A DNA stretch of 64,000 nt from Azolla caroliniana (taxonomy: Eukaryota; Plantae; Polypodiophyta), in assembly GCA_043228905.1 (NCBI GenBank), contig JBHGNT010000001.1:34038001-34102000 (forward strand), in the 5' to 3' direction. The translations under genes and the position numbers were made by a program. Below, in pieces: positions 39,648 to 52,719 of this stretch (position 1 is its first letter; every line of letters starts with the position of its first letter). The notes under the pieces were generated by a model, which saw only the letters and a list, made by a program, of their open reading frames with translations, was not told where the DNA came from and ran no database searches.

Positions 39648-40399
39648 GGAAATCTGCTAAAGAAGGAAGAAATAACATCACAGTCATAATGAGAATTAAA
39701 ACGAATCAAAAGGGAAAAGCAAACAGAAGAAAGAGAGAAGAAAAACAGCAACAGCTCCAATTAATCATCATCAGAATTGAGCCACGGAAAAAAGGAGAAA
39801 AAGTAGCAGGCAAAAAATCAATACGAATGTTGGCAGCGAATCCCGCGAGTCCTGCAGCAGAGTCTCGATCGATCAGCAGGGGAAACGTGAGAGTAGACTG
39901 ACAAAGAAATGTATGTATGTATGTACAATGTTACAAACATACATACATACATAGACGCGAGGGAGAGAGGGCATGAGGCGTGTAGATAAATAAAAAGAAA
40001 AGGTTCTACAAATTGCACCGCCTACCCTTCAGATGAAAATTTGGCCTTTTATCTATACATACCATACCATACCCTTTGTTGTGCCTTCTTTCTTCTTCAC
40101 ACATTCAATACACACAATACATTATATTTAGTCCTTAACAAACTACTTATATACCGACATATACAATACATATGTGTGTTTGTGTTAGTGGAGTTAGAGA
40201 GAGACAGACAATTGAGCCAAGAGATATCATTTTAATACCCAAGAAAGACCGATCGTCATTCATTTTATGTGTGGGAGAGAGAGAGAGAGAGAGAGAGAGA
40301 AAGATTATATTATCGTCTTCGGAGGTCAAATATGACCTATGAGACCAAAAAATTTACATTTCACGTGATATGTGTGAAAGTGAGTAGTGACTCTCGATG

Positions 40400-41570
40400 T
40401 TCAGGAACTTTACCAATGAATGTTGCAATCAAGAGTGCACATTGTGGTTGTGAGAGAAATTTGTGCAATGATTAGGCTTGATCGAAAATGTGTGGAAAGC
40501 ATGGTCGAATATGATCAAAGGCAAAGCATTGTATCATAGCGTGATACTCAGACTCTAGAACTTGTTTATGGCAAAGTGTGCATAGTCGACCACTCTCATC
40601 AATTGTGCCCCAACGCCCCGTCTCACATCGCAATGCATGTGAGTTAAGTCGCATAGAAGCAATGGTTTGAATAGAAGCCAATGGAATGGGCTCTAACATG
40701 TATCGATGTGTACGGTTTCCTTGTCCCGCGAAGAATATGGTTTTGTAGTTAGGTGCAACATGTGTAGTATAATGTATGAAACGTGAGCCTCCACATTTTC
40801 CCCATGACATGATACATTGGTGTTGCAAAAAGGCCTCATTTACAGAGGAATCTAGTGATGCATCATGAAGCAAATGTGTTGCATCCCATCTACCAAACCA
40901 AAATTTCATATATTGCATTCAACCAGAACACAAAAAATTGTTTTTATGCGTCTTTTGGATCTTTTTGCTTGCTTCCCATGCGATTGTATGAAGTTGATGG
41001 AGGGACTTTTTTGAACCTTAAGCATGTATTCAACAACCCTTTCCATGGCCAAGATCTCAATGGGAAGTGAACCCGTCTCAAGGAGGAGGATATATGGCGT
41101 TTGTTTCTTAACTTGTAGAAACTTTATAAGAAAATGTTTTTGGACATTTTCAAACTATTTCCAAGTAGATTTAGGGATGCTACCACCCCATACTTCCACC
41201 CCATAGAGAAGCATCGGTGTCACCAAAGTGTCAAAAATGTATTTGTTGAGGACCCAACACTTAATATCTCCACAATTGCATGTGTTCTCAAATGCATAAT
41301 ATGCTTGCTTTCCCGCCTCTAAGCAACATTTAGCACAACCATTCCATCTATGATTTGAAGGAACTTCAAGGTCACTATATTTGAAGCTTTCCACACATTC
41401 AAGTGGCTCATTATTGTACATAATGCATGACTTATCTCTTTTTTGGCTCTTCACAAGCATAATCTTTGTTTTAGAGCTATTAACACTTAATTTTGTATGC
41501 ATGCAAATTTTTTCCGATGCCTTCATGAGCTTTTGCGCTCGCCTAAAGTATTTGCAAAAAGCACTACATC
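40400..41570 (-). mobile_element. 5'-truncated non-LTR retrotransposon (LINE) ORF2 relic: end of RT, thumb and C-terminal CCHC region
   Basis: ORF 41155-41526: KLSVNSSKTKIML...EPLECVESFKYSDL...KYIFDTLVTPMLLYGVEVWG (RT C-terminal motifs N..KTK, FKYLG, L.YG.EVWG). ORF 40472-40918: MRLNSHALRCETGRW...RLCTLC...ESEYH...C..FDHIR. Frameshifts or stops lie between them. Confidence 0.85.
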
Positions 41571-43003
41571 ATCTACATATAGCAAAAGCATCGCCAAGAT
41601 AGTCTTACATTTATTAGGAAGTGAGTGTTTTACTAATTACGATATCTTTCTCAACTCTCTAATCGTTGTACATGCATGCAAATCCAAACTTGCCTTCACT
41701 TTTATTGCTTCTTCTTTCTTTTTAAAACCAAAAGCTTAATTATACTATCAATGACGGGACTCTTTTTCAAAACATTCTATTATCAAATCACTAACTAAAA
41801 CTCAATTAGTAGTCCATCTAACAAATCAATCCCTAATATCACTCGAAATGTCAACCGGAACAAGTTTAGATTTCCAAGCAGTATTTGGCTACATACTAGA
41901 TTGGGATCATAAGTTAGACTCAACCTTATGTGCCTTTTATTGCTTACAAGTTTTCTTATTATTATGCGTGTATTGGTAATCTCTTTGGATCACCAAACAT
42001 GTATAGGTCAATTTAAAGTAAGCAAGCATACTTCTTGAAATCCAAAAAGATTTTAAACATATTTAAGTAATTTCTCTTGCAATATATACATATGTTGGTC
42101 ATAATTTTTCTTCCTTCCTGTCTTTAAGTTGCTTGTGTTTTTCTTTTTCATTCCTTACACAACCTAAGTTAATGCTACAACTCCGAAGAAAAATTTGGTT
42201 ACTCCTGTTTTTGATACCTGTCACTCATTCATTGTTCTAAAAAGTCGAGTTTGAAACGTAAATCCAATGCCTCAAATTCAAGATAAAAGACATTATCTTA
42301 ACAATATAATTATTTTCAATCTTTTGTTTCCATGCAACAATAGACTAAACAAAGACTACCATTCTTGCTTCAAAACCTTCAGTTGTGCCTTTCATCAATA
42401 AGCATTATTTTTAGCTCTCTTTATCGAACCATCAAAATGGGTTGCTTGAGAAACATTGGAGCTTCTATTAACTACCTAATTCATGATTATCTTATTCCAA
42501 AAACCCTGCAATGATTTTGATCATAAAGATAAATGTATATGTCAATTATGCTCCCAAGTATCAAATTCTCATATGGTAGGTCGAGACTTACGAACAATAT
42601 AAAACATGTTTATAAGGAAGTATGTCGACATCATTGAGACCTTTCAAAGTTTTAGCTAACCGAATGACAATAAAAGGGAAAAACTTCAAAGATGATTCAA
42701 CCATTTCTTTTGTTTATGAAAGCCTCCGAAAAGGAGAGCAAGGAGGGTAATTGCTTTCAAAGAACAAATATTGCACAATTGTTTAAAAAGTTAGATTTGG
42801 TTATTTTCACCAGAAGTTTGCTCGAGAGAGCTACATAGTTTCTATTCTTCCAGTTTGGATAAATGGACACCAAACTATTCTAAATACACCCTTGTAGAAA
42901 GCCAATGACTTGAACCATGCTTAAAATTTTTTTGTTGATTAAGAAACCAAAATCAAGCTACTTTGGCACGTTTCGCTTTTTGATTTTACTTGGTATGCTT
43001 TGT

Positions 43004-45990
43004 TCAACTTTGATTCCTTTCACCAGGGCAACAGAAAAAATGGGGAAGCCTCACCCGACCACAACACCTAAAAAAGGTATACAAATACATTAACTTGCTT
43101 CATTTTGAATCAATGAATGAATAACTTCAAAGACATAGAATCACTACGTATTGAACTAATGAAGAGATTCTTTATTAAAGTTAAAATTCATATAAATGTT
43201 GGGATCCCAGATCAGAAAGCAGATATCCTTACGGATAAGAATATCTTGGGTTTCAATGTTATGTGTATATGTGTGCACACAACCTATGAATGATTGCATT
43301 TGAAAGAGTTGGAAGGGGGGAGAGAGATAATAAATGCCAGAATTCCACATAGACGGCCTCAATATCTTCAGAGATACATATATACCTGCAACTAGATTTA
43401 GGAATTATTGTGTTCAGACAGCACTAGTACGTTTTCTCACAGCTGAACCTCAACCTCCATATTTACCTTTCTAGCATGTTTGCACACCCCCAACACTACA
43501 TAAGAGCTTGCACACAGCTACTCTCATGACATCTGTACATGCCAGAACTGTGTCCAAACACATGCTTTCTGTCTCTTTGCTCAGTCCATTCCACAGATCT
43601 ATTTTATTCTATCTCACTTACCAACTGGGATGGAACAGCAGCCGTCTCCCTCGAAAAAACAGAAATAGTAACAAATAAATGGCTCAAAATAGTTCTAAAC
43701 ATCTAGAAATGGCTCAACTAATGGGCAGTTCAAAGTTGTAAATAAAGAAGAGTAAAAATAACAAGATGGACCATCTCTAAGTGTGTTCCAAGGCATCTTG
43801 TGACCATTTGGGGCATGGGTACCTACCCCATGATTTAGGTAATGATGGGAGCAAAGAACTTATCCTTAGAAGTGAAGGATATTTGCTTGCGCAGTCTCAC
43901 TCAATTAGTAGGTCTGAACCTTTGTGTCTGATTTCAGCCTCTGCCTCTCTATGATGTAGCTTCATCCGTTGGTCCGTGAATTGCAATACATTTTCAATCT
44001 CTTGGTTGCAGGATCATTATGTCGAGCATTACTAGGTTAGGCCATTGTGCCTCTTTACGGTGCAGCTTCATATATTGGATCTTGAATTACGATATATTTT
44101 CAACCTCTTGGCTGTAGGATCTTTGTGGAGCATTACTAGGTTAAAGGCCATTGCGCCTCTCTGTGGTGCAGCTTCATATGTTGGCTCTTGAATTGCGATA
44201 TATTTTCAACCTCTTGGCTGCAGGATCTTTATGTGGAGCATTACTAGGTCAAAGGCCATTATGTCTCTCTATGGTGCAGCCTCATATGTTGGCTTGAACT
44301 GCGATATATTTTCAACCTCTTGGTTGCCGGATCTTTATGTGGAGCATTACTAGGTTAAAGGACATTGTACCTTGCCACGTTATCTCACATTTATATTCAT
44401 TTTCTTCGCAATCCAAACTAGTTTTTGATAAATTTTTTACACCAATTGGTCTCTCTCCATTGCAGCTGGCTCATCCTTGCTTCAGCTCTCCAATAACCAA
44501 AAGAGTCTGACGACACAAAGACTTGGAAGCTTGGAAAAAGCTTTCCACAACAATGTGCATCTGTCTTAGATTGATGATTAAGTAGTCAAGCACTAAAACG
44601 TTGAATTCTTGATGATTAGGGTCATTCAAAATTTTGGGCTGTACAAATCTCATTGCATATCATCTTCCATGAAGATTCAAGATGTGTTCTATGTCTGTCT
44701 CTTAAAACCTTGACATCTTTTCATTGAATAGAGTGCATAGCTTTTGGCCCCACCAATTAATATAGATGCTTCTGTGTTTTATATTCCCCTCCTGAGACCT
44801 TGACATCTCCCAATCAAAATGGGGCATCACCCTTGGTCACCATTAATCAATATAGATGGTCATGAAGTGTTCTAGTTGAGAAGATTCTTGAAGACAGTAT
44901 TGCAAGGAGCAACCACCGAGAATTTATTTTGATAAAGCAGCTATAACCTTCATATTATGCAGTTCATAGTGAATGTGTTTCAAGAACATTGTTATACTAG
45001 ATTTGATAAGCCATAGACCATTGTTTATGAAAACAATAGATCAACCAGTACATCCATTTATTGCACAGGCCATGCCTTTTTTGCCTCAATGTTAAACCTT
45101 ACCACTAATTTGCATTTTAATTTCATATATATCTAAGAGGAATACATACAGTTTTAGGTAATCTTACTTGCACCGGATGATGACAGGTTGAGGCTTGAGA
45201 GCCTTTGGGCCATTACGAATTCCCTTCTTCGAGCGACTAACCTGAGATTCCACTCCATTCCAGTCAAACATGTTTAAATATACAGTTTCATGATAATCCA
45301 GCCAAACACAAAAATCGTAAACCATGAAGTTCCCCTCCATTCCAACAAAAAAACAATGCATAAAACAAAATGGCATTCCCCTCCATTCCAACTAAACATA
45401 AAGTTTGATTTGATTTGAACCAAATGCAAAGTAAAAAAAACTCTACCTCGTTCCATTCCATTCCAATCTAATATACTAAAGCATAAGACAAGTTTCACTA
45501 TATTCCAAACCCATCCCATCCAAATAAAACGTAAAATTCATGATATGCCACGATCTTGGAGTGCATTCAAACCACACATAAAATTCACAAAGTTCATACG
45601 TAAAAATTCAGTTAATTGCTAACAAAAACAGAATGTATAGGGCATATATAAAGGGCCAAAAAAATAATTCAATTTCCAGACATAAAAACACGGGAATACG
45701 CACGCACACACACACACACATTTACAAATTCTACTTCTTCGTGTGTGGATGAAGAGATGGAGAAATACCTTGCGTTTAGGAACAGCCATAAGTTGGAACA
45801 GACCTAATGCCCATGGCAAAGGAGCAGGGGGTCTAGCTTCGATGGCGGAGGGAAGCTCCGAGACAATAGGAGGAGGTTGAGGGGGAGGGGGAACCATGGA
45901 AGAAGAGAAAGGCCTCTTCTGCTGTTGCTTCCAGGAAGCGCGGAGCCATAGCCATCTCGAACCAAATCTCTGTAGGGGATGATGCGCCAT
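43004..45990 (-). CDS. RPL32: Nuclear-encoded ribosomal protein bL32, probably mitochondrial, 3 exons, ~119 aa
   Basis: Exons 45990-45769, 45241-45168, 43067-43004 give a presequence + LMAVPKRKVSRSKKGIRNGPKALKPQPVIIRCKCCGRVRLPHFFCCPGERNQS*. The AVPKRK start and CxxC...HxxC zinc motif are typical of bL32. The R/W/L/S-rich N-terminus fits a mitochondrial presequence. Confidence 0.9.
43945..44370. repeat. Four-copy ~106-bp tandem repeat in RPL32 intron 2
   Basis: Units start at 43945, 44051, 44157, 44265. Core: gcagcttcatatgttgg..ttgaattgcgatatattttcaacctcttggctgcaggatctttatgtggagcattactaggt. Confidence 0.93.
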
Positions 45991-47386
45991 CGCCCGAAGG
46001 AACCAAAAAACACAAAGCTTTAGGTTTGAAAGAGGGTTTACAAAACACTATATACACTGTATGTATAGTACATATATTATTCAGTCATTCATTTATGATG
46101 AATGAGAAGGAAGCAGAAACCTTTAGGTTTTAAAAACAAAAAAGACTCCAGATTTCCCGAAAATAACTCTTTGTTGGCATTTCAGACGTCTAACTCGATA
46201 AGTTACATGTAGTGTGGACTCTAGTAGTACATGCTTTGTACTCTTCCCCAGTGAAACAATAATCGTGCACATGCTCTTACGATAAGAATTAAAAGCATGT
46301 TGTTTGGTTGAAAGAAATGGCTCTTTGTGTTGAGGGTTGCTACGTGGTGCTCTTCTCGCTAAAAATTATGTGTATCCTAGGAGACGCGTGCAACGAGTGT
46401 ACAAGGGTTGCCTTATGTTAACTTGTTTCTTTTTGTACTAGAAGATGATCAAAGGAGGAGAAGTATATATAATGAGAAGAAGAGGCATCAAAGGGGAGTA
46501 ATATATGTATTGGTGTTTTATGATTTTGTGGTATGCAATGTTAATATGTCAGTTGATCTTTACTCTCGCCTGTTTGAGAGACAACGAGAGGGAGAGAAGG
46601 AAGAGAAAAAATACACATAGAGATAGAGACTGGGTTCTTTTGTCACGTTTTCATATCACGTTGAGGGCAACACATAGGAAAATCAAACCCATGAAGGTAT
46701 CTATTGAAAGCTTCCCATCGTTTTCAAATCTCGTCGCTTAGTCACTTAAATCTCAAAGAGTGCGATTCTCAAATTTGATGTGAGAAGTCACACAATGCAC
46801 TAAACGTATGGCTCTTTTAAAGTGCATGAAACATGACATAAAATGTTGCAATCACTAGCCAACGTTTGCATCTAAGGCTACACTCCAATTTCTTAGATTC
46901 AAATGCAATTGGTAATGTGCATCACAAAGGCAAGCTACAATAGATAAACCATGCCAACATATTCCGGAAGTTTTCAACCTTGTGTATCTTGATTGGCAAG
47001 GTCGAAGTAAGATTAGTTCTCGATAGGTACAACTGAGTGGTTATTAGGATCTTCCCGAATGCCCTTTGGCTAGAGCGGGAGCCGATGTAGTCAAGAAGAA
47101 GAATTGATGATTTGACTTGACTTGACCTGCACATGACCTGCACATGTTGTTCCAACATACAACGTAAATAAATGATAAGAAGGTTAGTGGGCAGAGGAGA
47201 CGTGGAGAAAATTAGAAATGGGAAGTGGAGGGGCATTTTGGGGAATCAAACAAAGAAATAGTGGGGGCATTTTGGGGAAATAAAGAAAACTTCTTTTTAC
47301 ATCTAGAGACTGGCACGATGGCCTCTCTGTATTTTCTTCTTAGGGCTTCTAGAACATCACGTCAAGACGAAGCAGGCGAAACAGAA

Positions 47387-50300
47387 ATGGTGGAAGATCG
47401 TATGCTCCAAAAGAGGAAGAAGAAGAGGAGGGAACCAGAGTCAAGCTCTAGTTACTCGGACTCTGAGTCTTCAGGTACTATCTTCTTCTTCTTCTTCTTC
47501 GTTTTCGACATTAGTGATTTTTTAGGCGGACGCTTCTTGATCGTGGTTTTTTTTAATTCTTCGTTCATCTCTGAGTTTCTTCTTCTGAACGATTGAAGAC
47601 AGTGAATCCGACAAAAGAAAGTCAAAAGAGAGACGGAAAGAGAAGGAGCGAAGTGGGAAAAGGATCGATGATGGCAGGCGAAAAGAGAGAAGGAACGAGG
47701 AGAAGAGGAAGAAGAAGAAAAGAAGGCATCATAGCACTGAAGAAGACTCGGAAAGAAGTGATACAGATGAAGAAGAAAAGAAGAAGAAGAGAAAGTTGCT
47801 CAAAGAGGCTAAACGGATCCTGAAAGGTAGGTTTTTTACACAGAGAGATAGGTTTCATTATTTCCCTCGGAGTTCAAATATGAACAGAGATACATGTTAA
47901 ATTAACATCTTCAGAAGAGTGCAATTACATCCACGGGAATCGTATTGAATGTGTGGTAAATTGGTAAAATGTAGCAAAATCAAATTATGACTGGTTATAT
48001 AGCTGCCCTATGACACTAAGCTGTGACCAAATTACAATGATATAGGAACCATGGGTACAAGCAACAGAGAGGATAGAATGATAATGTACGAAAAAGCGTA
48101 ATTGCAGAAATAGAATGTGAGTTTCTCAGCCCATGAACCCTCATATGATGATGCCTGATGACATTAGTGTCCTCTGTACTAAACTCCATGGGGAACTGTG
48201 CTTGACGTTAGGCAATGATACTATGAATCCTTCTATGCAGGTGATGTCTTCTATTTGATGCAACTATCTAATGTATCATTCGGTCTGTCGAGCAAGCCAA
48301 AATGAACTGCTTGGTCAAGCAATATCCCTCGGGGAGGTGTTGATTGATTTTTTTCCATGTTTCTGACAAATAGAGAAAAGAGATTGAAAATGGTTTTGTT
48401 TGTATCCCAGAGAAAGATAGTTCGTACTTTGTTCCAAATGAAGAGATATCAAAGATTTCTTTGTTTGAGCTCTAGAGAAAGAGAGATTGATTTTTTTTTG
48501 TGGATGTTCTAGAGAGATATTAGAGATAATGAAAGAGAGTTCAAACTTTGTTTTTGCCTTTAATATACTAGAACACAAGAAAGAGGCTACAAGTTCAACA
48601 AGGAAGCTTACTCGCCAAGTTAGTATTCATTCTGAATTATGTCCATTTTTTTAGTTTGTATCCTCAAGAAGGTAACATTAATATTGCTATGTAGACACTT
48701 ACAGAGGATGATTATTTTGAGAAGAATAAGGAGTTTTCGACATGGCTGAAGGAGGAATGTGGGATATATTTCTCCAGTCTTTCTGCAGATGAATCGAGAA
48801 GAATTTTCTTAGACTTCATAGAAGCATGGAATTCAGGAAAGCTTTCTGCAAAATTATACAGTGGAATCGACAATGCAGCACGCACAGACCATAAATGGAA
48901 GATCAGACATGAAGTGGAAAATGCTGCTGGTATGTCTCTATTTCGAAGGTTCACTGTAGTCATGAAATAGATTTGTATATTTATTTTCTAAACAATCCTT
49001 TTTTTCATAAGTTATATTATATAATGATTTAAGATGATTGAATATCATATCATTTTTTTATAGTGAAATTGAATTTAAATCTTAATTGAGGATGGCTTTT
49101 GCGCGCCTTTTATAAAGTAAGAAACATGTTTGCATCCTGACCAGAAAAGTACAATAATATATAAACTGTTACAAAACATTTTAGTATATTCCTAATTGAA
49201 TTTGGTCTTGTGAAAGTATTGTAATCAAATGTCCAAGATTCACAAATGTAATCGTTGTTAGTTGGTCAACTTTAAACTTATAGATTTCACTGTAATCATT
49301 GACAAGTGTTTACAGTCATATCTTTTGCTATGAGTTTTCTGCATAGATGCAAGATTACTCTAATTGAGAGCACTAGAGATCACACATAGCCTATTTAAAG
49401 TCTGTATGACCTGGATTCAAATCGCAGCAAGGAAGATCAAAGATGGAAATAGTTGATGAAACAATATCTGAAGTAGGATGTAATGGGTTTTAGAATGGAA
49501 TACTGAAAGTATACCAACAAAACAACTGAAGCAATAAAAAAAGGAGTAATACATTCAGTTGCCTATCGTTGGCAAAAGTTTAATATGCACTTTGTGTAAG
49601 ATTTCCAGGCCTGAATCCTAGACTTTGGCATACAAAATTCTCCACTATAATGTTTTTGTGATGTAAATTCTTAATTGGATATGTATTGCTTCCATTGCAT
49701 CATACAATGCCTAGCTTATATGGTTGTTGGAACCCATGAGTTGCTTCTATGTACAGGCTACTACTCTTGAGCATTGATGGCATATGGCATATGTCTCTTA
49801 TTCATAATTTCATGCTACGCACTGTGTAGTACATAACAGTTCCATGTTTGCACTAGCTGTTCAAAGCTGAATACTACGACAGTAGATTTCGTTTGGATAT
49901 GAATATGTATCCTCTCAAAATTTGTTTCTCGTATTTCCCTTTTTATGTTTGGCATAAAAGTTTGATCCAAATCGTGGTAAGTAGCTGTTTTTAATGTACC
50001 ATGTATGCCTTGCATCAAATCTTCCTTGACTTCCAAGTTCTGTATGTGCATGTGTAATGTACCTTGCATGTGAAGAAGTCCAGTGATATAGTTGTTAAGA
50101 GCTAATGATGTGGAGCTTTTTAATATTGCTGGAAAAGTGTTGCACTATGCTGTTCCACATTGTTGTAAAATGGCTATAATTGTTCATGGTTGTAGTAATT
50201 TCTTATATTCTCTGTGGAATGGCAGATAAGGAGGAAGAGTTGGAGTTTATGAAGAAGCTAGAGAAAATCCAGCGGAAAAAGTTTCGAAAAGAGAATGAAG

Positions 50301-50812
50301 ATCTTATGGATGAGCTCCTTCCTAAAGCCACAGGAAGGGAGAGGCTTCTTGAGAAGAAAGCTATTCGACGAGAGGGTGCTCGCAATCGTGAGGATAGCCC
50401 TGAAATATTCAAGGAGCGAGATATTATGGGAGGAGGGGATGATTTCAAGCAGAGGTTTGTCTCTTGGATTGTATTTAAATGTAGTGTAACATTGTTTCTT
50501 TCTATTTGTTTCAAATGGGAAAACGTGGAGTTGCTATTGTGTTTCTGGGGAGAGTACCTTTGCGGACAGAAATTTAAGAGCATTTAAGGAAAAATGAATT
50601 CATCCTTATTTTAATTTGTGAGTAACCCCATATTCTTTTGCAGATTAGAGAGGGAACGGGCACGGAGAGAGAAGAAAGCATCAGAGAAGAGTGGGACACT
50701 AATAGAGAAACAACTTGCCTTTGATCAGAAAGAATCAGCTGCTATGAATCATTTAAAATCACTCGTAGACATTGCGGGTGGGAAAATTACTATACCAAAA
50801 CGAATGAACTGA
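47387..50812 (+). CDS. SCI1 (style cell-cycle inhibitor 1)-like nuclear protein with K/R/E-rich N-terminus and extra C-terminal coiled domain, 6 exons, ~331 aa
   Basis: Exons 47387-47474, 47599-47826, 48572-48618, 48695-48929, 50226-50454, 50644-50812 (996 nt, in frame). Core LTEDDYFEKNKEFSTWLKEECGIYFSSLSADESRRIFLDFIEAWNSGKLSAKLYSGIDNAARTDHKWKI matches the SCI1 domain as recalled. It is followed by LMDELLPKATGRERLLEKK...DIMGGGDDFKQRLERE...GGKITIPKRMN*. Confidence 0.78.
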
Positions 50813-51540
50813 CAGGGTTACTTTTCTTACTTTGATCACCTCTCAGATCTTTCCAGAGCTATTATATTTTTGTTTCCATGAAGCAATTTATTCGTTGGGA
50901 ACTTAGGGAAGAATCAGTATAAAATCTCAAGAGATGAAGAGACTATATTTGGGAGGGATCTGTAGCAATTATAAACTTATCAGGTTTCCCTGTATGTATT
51001 GCTGGTGAGCATTTGTTGAAAATTATGCTTGAGGTCATATTATGTATTTATATAATTTTATGCCAAAAAGCATAAATTTTCTCGTAAAGGTTGTGCTGGA
51101 GTTGTAGTGTACATATGTTAGTAAACCCATTTCTTATGGGGGATCATGTGTTGGACTTGTATTGTACATATGTTAGTAAACCCATTTTTTTGGAAATTCT
51201 TGTGGGGATCATGGATCAATCTTTTTTTAATGTAAAAACTGCCTCAGCCACCCAAATAACGTCTACATCCATGAAAATATTATGGGAGTCAGAAGATTTA
51301 GCCTCTTCAAAAGATTTGGGAGACAGAAGATTTGGCATCTATATCATTGTGAAACTAGGATTGAGATCTCATTATATAGTATGTTGATACTTCGTAGTCA
51401 TTTAAAGGTCTCTTGTAGTGGAATGGAACTGCAGCTTAGTCATTTAAATCTGAACTCACTATCGTAAGGTGAAGAAGCTTTGCTTTGGTTATTGGGCACC
51501 ACACCATGTTATTGGAACAATGAGTAGGTTAAGGTTTCAC

Positions 51541-52002
51541 TAACAATCGGCAATGGTTCGGTTCCAGAGGGTCCAAACTGATCGGTTTGGAACCAAACCA
51601 TTTAAAATTTTTGAAACCTGAACCAAACCGTGGAACCGAACCATTAAACATTTTCAAACCGTAAAACCATTAAACTGTAAAAACTGCAGTTTCGGTTTTG
51701 AACATAGGTCAAATTTTTAATATTTCATGATTAAAATTTTTTAAGATGTTCCTAAAAAATGTGACAATAAGGTCTAAAAATGAAAAGATTGATTAAAAAC
51801 AATTTTTACATCTTTTAAAATTTTTTAAAAATAAAATAAAAAATAAAAAATAAAAAACCGTTAAACAGCGATTTTTGACTGTTGAAATTGAACCGTTAAA
51901 AAAACCCAAACTTGAACCGAACCAAATCGTTGAAACCGTTAAGTTGTTAAACCGCGGTTTTGCGGTTCGGTTCGGTTCAAACCGAACTGTTGCCGATTGT
52001 TA
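51541..52002. mobile_element. Intact non-autonomous hAT-type element (462 bp)
   Basis: TIR TAACAATCGGCAA(TG/CA)GTTCGGTT (21/23 match). Perfect flanking GGTTTCAC at 51533-51540 and 52003-52010. Clustered subterminal AACCG/CGGTT motifs, AT-rich core, no ORF. Confidence 0.9.
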
Positions 52003-52719
52003 GGTTTCACTGCATTGTGTGAACCCTTAATGAGGTTGTACTTGCATTAAATATTCTTATGGATGGTGCACACTAGAGATGCTTATCATATGTTAATGGG
52101 ATTTATGCCTTGGTTGATGTTGACGGTCTGGCTTATATAGGACTTCACCATGTGTCTACAATGATGGCCTTGAGTTTGTGCAAATGTTGTTTACTTGGAA
52201 TGTAATGGTAAGTAGACTAGTTGCCTTGTAGCCATGACTTCAAATGTTCACACATTTAGTATAAGACATGTTTTTTATGTGAATTCTTTAGGATGCCATG
52301 CACAAATATATTAGATGTTCGATAATTTGGTAGGGCATTGCCAACTAGGATTTTCTTGTCCTCTTCGAGTGGGTTTTCAAATGGGAGCAAGTTTGGGATC
52401 TATGCCATATGGTGAACCTAAGGTATGAAAAATGAGGCCTTGTTTGATTATCTTGATTCTTAAGTATTATGATGTATGATGGGGTTGTGGTTTGAGAAAG
52501 TAGGTCAATTTTTTATGGTGGTATATGCCATATTGTCAAAGACTTGAATGAAGATTAGAGAGAGAGGTATACCAAAGTTTCTTCATGTTTTCCCACACAC
52601 AAAAACATAACCTTGTTAAAGAGATAACTAAAAAAAATTACATTGGGGCCCATGCATACAGAGGAACGCTACATGCTAACATTATTAAGCTCCATCGCCT
52701 AAATTGCGTTTCTTTAAAT

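Noticed and set aside
43837-43921. C/D-box snoRNA-like segment (aggt-aATGATGg...CTGA-acct with an internal hairpin)
   Set aside because: Box C is imperfect, it is antisense to the host intron, and I could not match a guide to rRNA or snRNA. It would need snoscan/Infernal.
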